A stretch of 64,000 nucleotides of DNA from Candidatus Hydrogenedentota bacterium. Lineage in GTDB: Bacteria > Hydrogenedentota > Hydrogenedentia > Hydrogenedentales > GCA-2746185. Shown here piece after piece: positions 41,769 to 52,032 of the stretch. The position numbers and the translations under genes were made by a program. The notes beneath the pieces were generated by a model. That model was not told the DNA's origin, did no database searches, and saw only the letters and a list, made by a program, of their open reading frames with translations. The stretch spans positions 28,562 to 92,561 of the forward strand of contig JAYGCN010000011.1 of assembly GCA_046583315.1 (NCBI GenBank), given 5' to 3'. Every line of letters starts with the position of its first letter. The first letter of the stretch is position 1.

Positions 41769-43808
41769 TTAATCCTCGGAAACCGCTTCCGGCGGGGATG
41801 TAGCTTCCAGATGCGTAGAAGCCTCCAAAACCCTGCGCGCTTGCCGCAACTGTTCATGCGCGCCGACCAAAACCAAGACATCTGATTCCGCAAGCACAAA
41901 TTCCGGCGTCGGATTCGTATTTGGCTCGCGATCCCGCACCACCGCGATAATCGTGGCACCGGATAGCCGACGCAAATCGATTTCGGCTATTGTCTTTCCG
42001 CAGGCACTGCTCGTCTTCGGCAAATAGAAGGTCTGCGTCGCCGTAAGCTGCAACACCTTAAGCAAATCTTCCATGCTTTCCGCTGAGCTGCTCGAACGAC
42101 CTCGGAATACGCCGTAATCTCCCGCACGTACCGCCGCCACCTGCGCCGCCAATATATTTCGCGGGACGTCGAATTCTTCCAACACATGCGAGAAAATTTT
42201 GACGGACGCTTCGAAATCCGCCGGTACCACCACATTGGCACCCAACTTGGACAGCGGTTCAAGATCGGTCACGAAGTACGTGCTCACCGCAATGTAAATA
42301 TCCGGCTTGGCACGCCGCGCGTTGGACACGATGCGTTTACTGTCTTCCTGATTATTCACCGCGACAACAATTGCCCGTGCCCTATCAATTCCAGCATGAC
42401 CGAGAATGATGGATCGTGTAGCATCTCCCACAACCACCGGCGCGTCCATCGAACGCGCCTTGTGGACCAACCCATGGTTCATCTCAATAACGCAATGCGG
42501 TATATGTGTCGATTGGAGCACCTGCACAAGATTCTGCCCGTTGATGCCGAACCCTACGATGACTACATGGCCGTTTAGACTCTCTTCTGTTTCGTCCGCT
42601 TCAAATTCGCCTTGCGATAACTGACGCATGTCCTTCGAATTCAAAATCACCTGCACGCGCCCGGCCAATTTCCCGCCCAGCGGAAACAGAATCGCGCCGA
42701 ACACCATTGTGCCCACGGTGTACGCTATCATCGTATCCAGAAAGGTCTCAGGCAGCAACCCCGCGTTATCCGCCTCGCGCGCCAGCACATAACCAAACTC
42801 ACTCACCGTGCAAAGGCCCAGGCCTACTTTAATCCCGATGCGCAACGGCCAGCCGGCGAGCTTCACCGCGACGATTGTGATGACAGCCTTACCCACCAGC
42901 GTAAGGACGATGGCAACGCCCATCCAGTGCCAGGCATCAAACACCGTATCCAGTCGCACCGTCATTCCCAACGCAATAAAGAACAAGGCGTTAAACACAT
43001 CGCGAAACGGCGTAATTTCCGCAACCAACTGATGCCGAATATCCGCGTTCGCAAGCAGCAATCCCGCCACGCACGCGCCCATTGCCGGTGGCCATCCCGC
43101 GATCTGTGCAAGATACGCGCCGCCGCAGGCCATCATCACCGCAAACAAGGTGATCAATTCACGACCACCGTGCAACACAAGCTGCCCGATAAAAAATGGC
43201 AGCATTTTGCGCGCAAGCAACGCCACCAGCACCAGCGCGCCGAGCATGCTAAAGACAAACAGTGGACTCCTGCCGCCTTCCACATCCGAACCCGTCAAGA
43301 ACAACGGCATCATTATCATCACAACAATCACGAAGATGTCCTGCAACAAAAGAATACCCGTGATAAGGTTGCCCATCACCGATTGAACTTCACCGCGATC
43401 GGTAAGTTGCTTCAACACGATAGCTGTGCTGCTCAACGACACCGCAATCCCGATGATCAACGCCGCACCCAGCGACATCGAACCGGCCACCACCAGCGTG
43501 CCCATCGTCACGCCGATCACGCCAAGCGCAATCACTACCATCACCCGCACCACCCGCATGCCCATCCGCATTAACGGCGCAGGAGATAACTCGAGCCCAA
43601 TGGTGAACAACAGCAGCACCAGCCCCGTCTCCGCGAACTGACCCACCGATTCCTGCCCAATCAGCTTCCAGCTCGACGGCCCAATCACCATGCCCGTACA
43701 CAGAAATCCAATAATAGAGGGGGCCTTCGCCATGCGGAAAATCCACGACACGACGACCGCCGTACCGAACAAAACCGCAATTTGACCTAAAAATTGGGCA
43801 TCATGCAT
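41769..43808 (-). CDS. CPA2 (Kef-type) cation/H+ antiporter with TrkA-N and TrkA-C domains
   Basis: LLFTIGLE, SLSSTAIV, LLQD, PFRDVF, VSEFGYVL, GFGING, C-terminal GATIIAVVR. Confidence 0.92.
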   Translation of the reverse strand: MHDAQFLGQIAVLFGTAVVVSWIFRMAKAPSIIGFLCTGMVIGPSSWKLIGQESVGQFAETGLVLLLFTIGLELSPAPLMRMGMRVVRVMVVIALGVIGVTMGTLVVAGSMSLGAALIIGIAVSLSSTAIVLKQLTDRGEVQSVMGNLITGILLLQDIFVIVVMIMMPLFLTGSDVEGGRSPLFVFSMLGALVLVALLARKMLPFFIGQLVLHGGRELITLFAVMMACGGAYLAQIAGWPPAMGACVAGLLLANADIRHQLVAEITPFRDVFNALFFIALGMTVRLDTVFDAWHWMGVAIVLTLVGKAVITIVAVKLAGWPLRIGIKVGLGLCTVSEFGYVLAREADNAGLLPETFLDTMIAYTVGTMVFGAILFPLGGKLAGRVQVILNSKDMRQLSQGEFEADETEESLNGHVVIVGFGINGQNLVQVLQSTHIPHCVIEMNHGLVHKARSMDAPVVVGDATRSIILGHAGIDRARAIVVAVNNQEDSKRIVSNARRAKPDIYIAVSTYFVTDLEPLSKLGANVVVPADFEASVKIFSHVLEEFDVPRNILAAQVAAVRAGDYGVFRGRSSSSAESMEDLLKVLQLTATQTFYLPKTSSACGKTIAEIDLRRLSGATIIAVVRDREPNTNPTPEFVLAESDVLVLVGAHEQLRQARRVLEASTHLEATSPPEAVSED

Positions 43809-44022
43809 GAAAAATCGGGTCCCCAACCGGTGTACAACAAGAAATTACACTAAATACCTGTCTGCCAAGTGATTATACACCAATTGATCGTGCTATTCAT
43901 GCTTCATCCTCACACGTTTCTACCGCCTCGATATCGAATAGAAGGCTTATTTTAAGGACTTTTTCGGCAATATAAGCTAATTCGTCAAATGCACAATTTT
44001 TGCCGTCCAGTGTATTATATAG

Positions 44023-44051
44023 TTGACATACGATCTAAACCATGTTACGCT
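44023..44051 (+). promoter_or_regulatory. Sigma70-type promoter
   Basis: TTGACA-N17-TACGCT with a TG extension before the -10. Confidence 0.65.
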
Positions 44052-44055
44052 CCCA

Positions 44056-44220
44056 CCAATATATATTCGCAGTATTGGCAAATTGTACCGTCACAGACGT
44101 GCGGCCCCGTTTCTCAATTCAGCAAAGAACTTATAAGCCGCATAAGGCGGCCAGTCAGTAGAGATCCCCTGGGCATGAGGACTACTAAACTCCTGAGGCA
44201 AACGCCTCAGGGGTTTTCTG
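44056..44220 (+). ncRNA. Candidate structured small RNA or attenuating leader, family not recognised
   Basis: Lies between a consensus promoter and a strong terminator; contains several consecutive hairpins and no plausible ORF. Confidence 0.5.
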
Positions 44221-44223
44221 TTT
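44187..44223 (+). terminator. Intrinsic terminator
   Basis: AAACTCCTGAGGC-AAAC-GCCTCAGGGGTTT followed by TCTGTTT. Confidence 0.75.
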
Positions 44224-44295
44224 CGACAAGTATACGAGCTGCGGGCTGGCATCTGCCCTTCTTGCTTCAAATTACACCGAATACTATACTCAACC

Positions 44296-45420
44296 ATGCT
44301 TCGTTATTTTTTCACGAGCCTCACCTTCATGCTGCTCACTCTTCCGGTTTCGGCGGCTGATGTCGATGCGATGATGCGGCAATGGGACAACGAATCGTCC
44401 CCCGGCGCGGCCATTCTCATAGCACGAGACGGCAAGATCCTGCTGAACAAGAGTTACGGCATGGCGCACATCGAGTCGAAGACACCCATCGGTGCAGACA
44501 CGAAATTCTTGCTCGCCTCGATAACCAAACCCTTCACGGCCCTCAGCATCATCATGTGCGAGGAGTGAGGTTTGCTCGATTACGATGATTCGCTTCGAAA
44601 ATTTTATCCGGAATTCCCCCGCTTCATGAAGGACATTACCGTTCGCCACTTGTTGAATCACACTGCCGGGTTGTACGAATACGAACGTCTCTTCGTGCGT
44701 CACGGAAAAGTGGACCGTGATTGGCCCCGCTCCGCAAAAACGCCACGATCCAATTACGAACCAACATCTCAAGGCACGCTCACTCTTTTAACCGAACTGA
44801 AAAAACTCCGATTCGATTCCGGAACGCGCTATGAATACAGCAATTCCGGATACGTCCTCCTTGCGCAAATCGTCGAAAAGGTCGACGGCCGAAAATTCGC
44901 GCGATTCATCAAGGAGGAGATCCTCGATCCCGTCGGCATGAATGACTCACTTCTCTACGACGAATCTGAACCGATAATCGAAAACCGGGCCACAAGCTAC
45001 ACCCCGCGCACCGACGATTCTCCTGAAGGCGCACTCGCATACGTGGATATCGACTACACTCCATTCAATTTTATATATGGAGAGGACAATCTGTACACAA
45101 CGACATAAGATTTGTTTAAGTTCGATCAGGCACTCTACACCGAAAAACTCGTAAGCGTCGTCTCTCTCCAAAAAGCCTTTACGCCGGCCACGCTGAATTC
45201 CGGTGAGACATCGGATTACGGTTTCGGCTGGTTTCTCGGAGAAAAAGATGGGAAAAGGTCGGTCTTTCACGGCGGCGGGTGGCTTGGCTTCCGCAATTAC
45301 TTCCTTCGGGAGATCGACGAGCACAATACCTACATCTTCTTCAGCAATCTCACAAACGGCCCCAACAACCAAATGAAAATCGAACTTCCCAGAATTCTTC
45401 ACGAATCAATTCGCGATTGA
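44296..45420 (+). pseudogene. Serine hydrolase (beta-lactamase class C-like) with in-frame TGA 44566 and TAA 45106
   Basis: Signal peptide, ASITK (SxxK), LLNHTAG, YSN, YGFGW, HGG; all three pieces in one frame. Confidence 0.85.
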
Positions 45421-45480
45421 GCAACCCTCGCGGGCACGATTCCGCAATCGCCGGAAGGGCTTCGACAGGGATTCGAATAC

Positions 45481-45870
45481 CTAGGGCGCCAGTAAATGCA
45501 AAAGACCGTACAACCGACACTCGCTTTGTGAAAGCAACCAGCCCTGCAATGTCACCGTTTCCCCGGCGACGAAATCGGATTTGATCCGACTCGAGAAAAC
45601 ATCCCAATAATCAGCGTCGAGAGCATCGGTGTTTGGTAGATTCTGAAGAAGTATTCCGACATCGCCTTCCTTGGGTGTTAATTCAATGTACATACGCCCC
45701 ACCGTGCGGAGAGGTTCCATCTCCGCACGTTTCGAAAGTCGCCGGAACGCTTTTCGAAGCGCTTTTTCGCTTGCGAAGGCCGTCTCACTAAACGTACCCG
45801 TCAGGCCAAGACTCGCATACGACACAAGCACCAACATTTCACGACGTGTCAATGTACTGTCCATATTCAT
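45481..45870 (-). CDS. Small Tat-signal protein, probable partner of the GMC oxidoreductase
   Basis: TRREML N-terminus; C-terminal DFVAGETVTLQGWLLSQSE; starts 5 nt after the GMC stop. Confidence 0.7.
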   Translation of the reverse strand: MNMDSTLTRREMLVLVSYASLGLTGTFSETAFASEKALRKAFRRLSKRAEMEPLRTVGRMYIELTPKEGDVGILLQNLPNTDALDADYWDVFSSRIKSDFVAGETVTLQGWLLSQSECRLYGLLHLLAP

Positions 45871-45875
45871 CACCC

Positions 45876-47408
45876 TCAATCTTGCCCGCGCAAATGACTG
45901 CACAACTTCAGACCCAGCGCGATGATCGTCAACGTAGGATTTACGATGCCCGCCGAGGGGAAAACCGAACTACCCGCAACATAGAGATTATCAACCCCAT
46001 GTACTTTGCAATCCGTGTCTACGACTCCTCGTTGCGGATCGTCATCCATCCGAGTCGTGCCAATGTGATGACTGCTCATTCCTGCATTCACTAGCACCTC
46101 ATTTCGTTTATGCACGGATTTCATTCGCCCCATACCCGAGGCACCAAATTCGCGTGCAAACAATTCGAACGATTTCATGACCGCATCGAGATCAACAGAT
46201 GTGAATTTCCAGTCAAGCTGCACCCGCCGAAGCCCCAGCGCGTCCCGCTCATCATTAAGTGACACCCGGCTCTCCGCGTTCGGAGCTTCCTCAGACATCA
46301 GGTATACCGAAAGATAATTTCCCCGCACATTGAACCCAGACAAATCCGGTTCCTTCATACGCCCGTCGGCCAAGTAGGCGGACTTGAGTATGGCTTCGTC
46401 CGAACTGCGAAGCCGTGAGGGGCCCTGGCCGAGGGTCAAGGTTGCGTTCGGCAATCGATGCTTCGCCTGAAGCGTCTTCGTCGTCTTGAGCACACCCCAC
46501 GTATCGTTTAGATTTCGTCCTATATAGAGGCGCAACGACTGAGCGATATTGGTGAAATACAGGAGACTGTTGTTTTGAATCGTCATGTGCCCGCTAAAAT
46601 ATCGCCCCACCAGACCGTGCTGATTACCGATTCCCTCGGGCTGGGTCGAATTCGCTAGAAGCAGCAACCGTGCATTCTCGATACCACCCGTCGCCAATAT
46701 GAACCGTTTCGCGCGAACGGTAAAAGTATTCTTGCGCAAGGTAGCCACCTTCAAGGATTCGACTGCACTGCCCGCTTCATTCATGACGAGGTCAACCACA
46801 TTGGCATGCGTATACAAATCAATGACCGGATCATCGATCACGCCGTCCAGGTAATCGTTGAAGGCGGGACCGTCCGTAACACGGCCGGAGACCGGACTCA
46901 TATGCCGGGTGGATGTCGTAATGCCTTTTTCCTCGTTCAGGCGTAACGCCGGGTGTGCGGGATCGGGACTCTGCGTGGGTTCGTAATCAAATCGTTTGAT
47001 ACCCAGCACGTCGCACGCACGATCGTAAAAAGGCATAAGGCTCGCCCGTGTGAAAGACCAGCCGCTGTTGGGCACCCAACTGCGCTTCTCAAAAACTTCC
47101 TCGTCCGGAATGCCGCATTTTCCGCCCCACTTGTTGCCTGCGCCTCCCAATTGCCGAAACCGTGAAGTTAACAGGTAGTTCGTAATATCGCGCGAGTCCC
47201 CTCCGGCACCAGAGAGTTCGCCCCTCCCCTGATAAAGCGCCTAGCTCGGCCCCTCAAATTCCATGCCGCCACTTTCAAGCACAACCACACCGAGACCGCT
47301 CGCTTTTAATTCGCGCGCCATCGCAATCCCGACCATGCCTCCGCCAACGATACACAGATCGGTGTCAATTACTCGGCCATTTGGTATCTCATAGGAATCA
47401 ATAGTCAT
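45876..47408 (-). CDS. GMC family oxidoreductase, in-frame TAG at 47241-47243
   Basis: DLCIVGGGMVG Rossmann motif, LESGG, GGIENARLLL, HHIGTTRM, NPTLTIIAL; ATG at 47408 is in frame. Confidence 0.88.
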
Positions 47409-47643
47409 CTACAGCAACAACCCCGGTTTGAGACGATTCAGTAATTACGAAACATAGACTACGATACGCGAACACAAGTTTCGTAACCGTTAAACATTCG
47501 AAGCATACACGCCTGCCCGACCGAAAGCGATACGAGTCGAATGACAATGATCGACTCCTCCGTATTAAAACCCAGATGATCCTCGCCCGCGATTGGTGAC
47601 CCAACCGTGCCCGAACGTCGCTCATTCCGAATTTCCTTACTCG

Positions 47644-48879
47644 CTAACCCAGATTCACCGGCATCGATTCATAACGATACCACCCGGGCAGACGCTGAAG
47701 CTTCAACTCATCGCGCTCAACACCGAGGGACAAATTTGGATTCCGTTCCAATAAATTTTTGAGCGCGATCCGCGTCTCCATGCGCGCCAGAGGAGCACCC
47801 AGACAGGTATGCGGACCGAATCCAAACGCAAGATGCCGATTCGGCGTACGCTCAATGTTAAACACATCCGGGTCCTCAAACACCGCGTCATCTCGATTGG
47901 CCGACCCCAGCAACGGCATGACCATCGCCCCTTTCGGAATCGTCACGCCGTGCAGTTCCACATCCTGCATCGCATAATTCGGCTTCGTGGCATGAATCGG
48001 GCCCGCATACCGCAAAATCTCTTCTACCGCCGAATCCATCAATTCAGGCCGCTCACGCAAAAGCGCCAACTGCTCAGGATGCTCCAGCAACGCCAAGACG
48101 CCGTTCGAAATCAAATGAACCGTAGTCTCATACCCGGCGATCACGAGCAGAAACACCATGCTCACCAACTCATCCTCACTCAGACGTTCCCCATTCTCCT
48201 CCGCCTTAATTAGACCGCTCAAAATATCATCGCCTGGATTCCTGCGTTTCTTCGCAATCAACCCTCGAATAAATTCTGACGTCTTACGCAAGTCCCAGAA
48301 AAACGTTCGAAAAATATTCCATCCGCTGAGCCCATTCGACAACACCTTCATCGTATTTCGAATACCCGGCATGTCCTCATTGGCAACACCAACCATCTCC
48401 GCCGTTATCGTCACCGGAATCGGAAAAGAGTAGGCGGTCATCAAATCAACGTCACCCTTCTTTTCCGCCTCATCCAGTAGCTCATGCGTCAACGTCTCGA
48501 TGCGTCCCTCTAGATGCGCCAGTGCCCCCGGCGTAAACGCCTGCTGTACCAATCCCCGCAAACGACGATGATCGCCCCCATCCTCCAAAATCATGCTCTT
48601 CATCAAGTGCTCTATTGAACGCGGAAAAGGTATCGGGAATCGCCGCCCCCCCGTTGCCGTCGATCGATTGCGAACGAATCGGGGATCCTTCGACACACTC
48701 ACGCAATCCTCGTAGCGCGAAACGAAATACAGGTTCATCACACTGATTTTGCCACGATACACTGGTGCTTCCTCACGCAGCCATCGATAATGCGCAAACC
48801 GATTCGCACGAAATGATTTGCTCATCAGGTTCATCGGATGCTTAATATCTTCACGAGTCAAATGATCCGAAGCAATCAT
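47644..48879 (-). CDS. Cytochrome P450 (CYP107-like)
   Basis: AGYETT I-helix, EILR (ExxR), FGFGPHTCLG heme ligand; GGAGG RBS. Confidence 0.95.
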   Translation of the reverse strand: MIASDHLTREDIKHPMNLMSKSFRANRFAHYRWLREEAPVYRGKISVMNLYFVSRYEDCVSVSKDPRFVRNRSTATGGRRFPIPFPRSIEHLMKSMILEDGGDHRRLRGLVQQAFTPGALAHLEGRIETLTHELLDEAEKKGDVDLMTAYSFPIPVTITAEMVGVANEDMPGIRNTMKVLSNGLSGWNIFRTFFWDLRKTSEFIRGLIAKKRRNPGDDILSGLIKAEENGERLSEDELVSMVFLLVIAGYETTVHLISNGVLALLEHPEQLALLRERPELMDSAVEEILRYAGPIHATKPNYAMQDVELHGVTIPKGAMVMPLLGSANRDDAVFEDPDVFNIERTPNRHLAFGFGPHTCLGAPLARMETRIALKNLLERNPNLSLGVERDELKLQRLPGWYRYESMPVNLG

Positions 48880-48927
48880 GAAAACGACCTCCATTGACCA
48901 GACTAAACAACACTACACCAGTCTACC

Positions 48928-50463
48928 TCAGAACAACTGCCTGTCCAGGCTGCGATACTGGATCGCCTCGGCGATATGGTGTTCTTCAATTTGGTCGACT
49001 TCTTCGAGGTCGGCAAGCGTGCGTGCGATACGGAGCAGCTTGTCGTAGGCGCGCGCGCTGAAGCCGAGTTGTTCGATGGCGTTCTTGAGTAACGCTTCGG
49101 CACCGGGAACGAGTGTGCAGTGTTCGCGTGTCTGTTTTGAGTCGATGTGCGCGTTGCATTGCGCGGTGCCGTTGTATCGTGCCCGCTGAATGTCGCGGGT
49201 TCGGCACACCAACTCACGAACTTCGGCAGTGGTCTCACCAGAATTTTCGGAACCAGTAATTTCGTCGTAGGATAGTGCCGGCACCTCGATATGAATATCA
49301 ATGCGATCCAGCAACGGCCCTGACAATCGATTCATGTACCGCTGAACCTCGCCCGTACTGCAGCGACACTCCCGTTTGGGATCCGTTCGACATCCACACG
49401 GACACGGGTTCATCGCCACAACCAGCATCATGCGAGAGGGATAGGTAACCGAATACATCGCGCGACTAATGTGCACCACCCCTTCTTCGAGTGGTTGCCG
49501 CAACACCTCCAGCGCACTGCGGTTAAACTCCGGCAACTCATCCATAAACAGCACTCCGTTGTGCGCAAGACTCACCTCGCCAGGATTCGCCCGCGGGCCC
49601 TGCCCACCTCCAACAATCGACACCGTCGTCGCGGTATGATGCGGCGAACGAAAAGGCCGCTTGGTGATCAACGTGCGCTGATCCGAAGGCAGATTTGAAA
49701 CGCTATAGATACGCGTCGTCTCCAACGCCTCCTCATACGTCATGTCCGGCAAAATGCCCGGCAACCGCGAAGCCAGCATCGTCTTGCCCGTGCCCGGAGG
49801 TCCGATCATCAAGATGTTATGTCCGCCCGCCGCCGCAACCGTTAACGCCCGCTTTACCTGGGCCTGACCCTTTACATCGGTCAGATCAGCAACATTCACT
49901 CGGTCCTTCGCGATGACCTCATTCAAATCCGTCTTGTGCGGAAGAATCGGATCGGTACCGTTCAAAAACACGACCGCCTCGCTCAGCGTGGTAATCGGCA
50001 ACACGTCGATACCCGGCACCACACCCGCCGTATCGGCATTGTCATGCGGCAGCAAAATCCCGGTCTTGCCCTGTTCGCGCGCGGCAATGGCCATGCACAA
50101 TGCACCCGACACCGGTCGCAGCGACCCATCGAGTGCCAGTTCCCCAGCCAGAAAATAGTCCTGCAATCGTTCCCCACTCATCTGATCCGAAGCCACCAAC
50201 AAACCGATCGCAATCGGCAAATCCAGAGAACTGCCCTCTTTACGAATATCCGCCGGTGCCAGATTGATGACATTGTTCCCGCGCGGAGCCCGATACCCGG
50301 AATTCTTGATGGCCGAAAACACCCGCTCGCGACTCTCCCGAATCGCCATATCCGGCAGCCCCACGATCGTCAGCAGGTTCTTGCCCGGCGAATTGTCTAC
50401 CTCAATAGACAGCGGAATCCCTTCGATGCCATGAACCGCGCAAGATTGCACCCGTGCGAGCAT
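48928..50463 (-). CDS. comM: YifB/ComM Mg-chelatase-like AAA ATPase
   Basis: VGLPD, INLAPAD, GPPGTGKT, FRSPHH, PGEVSLAHNGVLFMDE, MNPCPCG. Confidence 0.95.
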   Translation of the reverse strand: MLARVQSCAVHGIEGIPLSIEVDNSPGKNLLTIVGLPDMAIRESRERVFSAIKNSGYRAPRGNNVINLAPADIRKEGSSLDLPIAIGLLVASDQMSGERLQDYFLAGELALDGSLRPVSGALCMAIAAREQGKTGILLPHDNADTAGVVPGIDVLPITTLSEAVVFLNGTDPILPHKTDLNEVIAKDRVNVADLTDVKGQAQVKRALTVAAAGGHNILMIGPPGTGKTMLASRLPGILPDMTYEEALETTRIYSVSNLPSDQRTLITKRPFRSPHHTATTVSIVGGGQGPRANPGEVSLAHNGVLFMDELPEFNRSALEVLRQPLEEGVVHISRAMYSVTYPSRMMLVVAMNPCPCGCRTDPKRECRCSTGEVQRYMNRLSGPLLDRIDIHIEVPALSYDEITGSENSGETTAEVRELVCRTRDIQRARYNGTAQCNAHIDSKQTREHCTLVPGAEALLKNAIEQLGFSARAYDKLLRIARTLADLEEVDQIEEHHIAEAIQYRSLDRQLF

Positions 50464-50622
50464 ATACTCTCCCGAAACAACGACGATTCCAAATTAGGCT
50501 ACCACAGACAATACAACATCATACGGTACAATCGCGGGTCATGCAAGGTGCTGCAGGTGGACTTCGTTGCGCACAATGATTAAGCTGGTCTCCAAGCCAT
50601 CACGAGACGAGGAAATGTCCCG

Positions 50623-52009
50623 GTGCTTTTCACACAACCCCTATTCTTTGTTTTCTTTGCGCTCGTATTCTGGACCTATTGGCTGATTCCTTCGCACAAC
50701 ACCCGCAAGCAACTCCTCCTTGTCGCCAGCTACATCTTTTACGCCGCATGGGACTGGCGCTTCTGTTCGTTAATCGCCATTTCCACCGTCATCGACTTCA
50801 TCGCGGGTCAACAACTCGGGCGTACGAACGAAATCCTGCGACGCAAGGCGTGGCTCATTCTCAGTCTCGCCGCGAACCTCGGCATCCTCAGCTTTTTCAA
50901 ATACTACGACTTTTTCGTGACCTCCGGTACCAGCCTGCTCGGATTGGAACCCTCACGCACCATGAATATCGTCCTGCCCGTTGGTATCAGCTTTTTCACC
51001 TTCCAAAGCATGAGCTACACCATCGACATCTACCGAAACCAGTTGAAACCCGTCTCCCGCTTCACCGACTTCGCCCTCTACGTCAGTTTCTTCCCGCAAC
51101 TCGTCGCCGGACCCATCGTGCGCGCCTCCCACTTTCTCCCACAGCTTTCTGCAAAAAAAATCCTTCTCGGATATCCGCTTTCAGGTCGCGTTCACCCTCT
51201 TTCTGATCGGTTTCATCAAGAAAGCCTGTATCTCGGACAATATTGCGCCGCTAATTGACCCGGTTTTCGCGGCACCAGACACCTACACCGCGGCTTCACT
51301 TTGCATGGCCACAGTGTTCTATGCCGTCCAGATCTACTGCGACTTCTCGGGCTACACCGACATGGCCATCGCCGTCGCCGCGCTACTCGGTTTTCAGCTA
51401 CAACTGAATTTCCGATTCCCCTATTTCGCTTCCAACATCGCCGAATTCTGGCAACGCTGGCACATCAGTCTGTCCATCTGGCTCCGGGACTATCTCTACA
51501 TCCCACTCGGCGGCAGTCGCGTCGGCTCCACCAAAACCTATCGCAATCTGATGATCACGATGCTGCTCGGCGGACTCTGGCATGGTGCCGCATGGAATTT
51601 CGTCATCTGGGGCGGACTGCACGGCGGCGCGCTGGCAATTCATCGAAGGTTACGGTCGCGCTGGAAAAAAACCCTACCCGCCGGAACGATACTTGGTCCA
51701 CTTGCAACCTTTTACTGGGTGTGTTTGACGTGGATATTCTTCCGTTGCACCTCCTTGGAGGACGCCCTGATAATGCTGCAGGCCTTCACGCTATTCCAAG
51801 CACCTGGCACGAACGGATTAGACCCTTCTCTTGCGCTGTGGTTGATCCCGCTGGGCGTTGCACACTGGATCGCCATGCGACGGGACCTGCCTGAATGGAC
51901 GGATTCTCTTCCGGAAGGCATTTACGCCGCGGCACTCGGGGTGGCCGTGATTGCGGCACTGTTATTCGTGCCGGCAGATGCCAGACCCTTCATCTATTTC
52001 CAATTCTAA
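50623..52009 (+). CDS. MBOAT O-acyltransferase (AlgI/DltB-like), frameshift in A8 run at 51153-51160
   Basis: LPVGISFFTFQSMSY, FFPQLVAGPIVR, IYCDFSGYTDMA, FWQRWHISLS, GLWHGA; removing one A joins the two ORFs. Confidence 0.9.
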
Positions 52010-52032
52010 CGGTCTTATGCGACACGTGAAGG

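Noticed and set aside
44056..44260. 6S RNA, tmRNA or c-di-GMP riboswitch identity for the candidate RNA
   Set aside because: Only short resemblances; no single long rod with a central bubble, no tRNA-like ends and no GEMM two-stem consensus that I can confirm
3721..47243. Stop-codon reassignment or selenocysteine/pyrrolysine recoding to explain in-frame stops
   Set aside because: All three stop types occur, each replaces a different expected residue, all three also end normal genes here, and frameshifts co-occur
48928..50463. Mobile element inserted in comM
   Set aside because: comM is intact and full length
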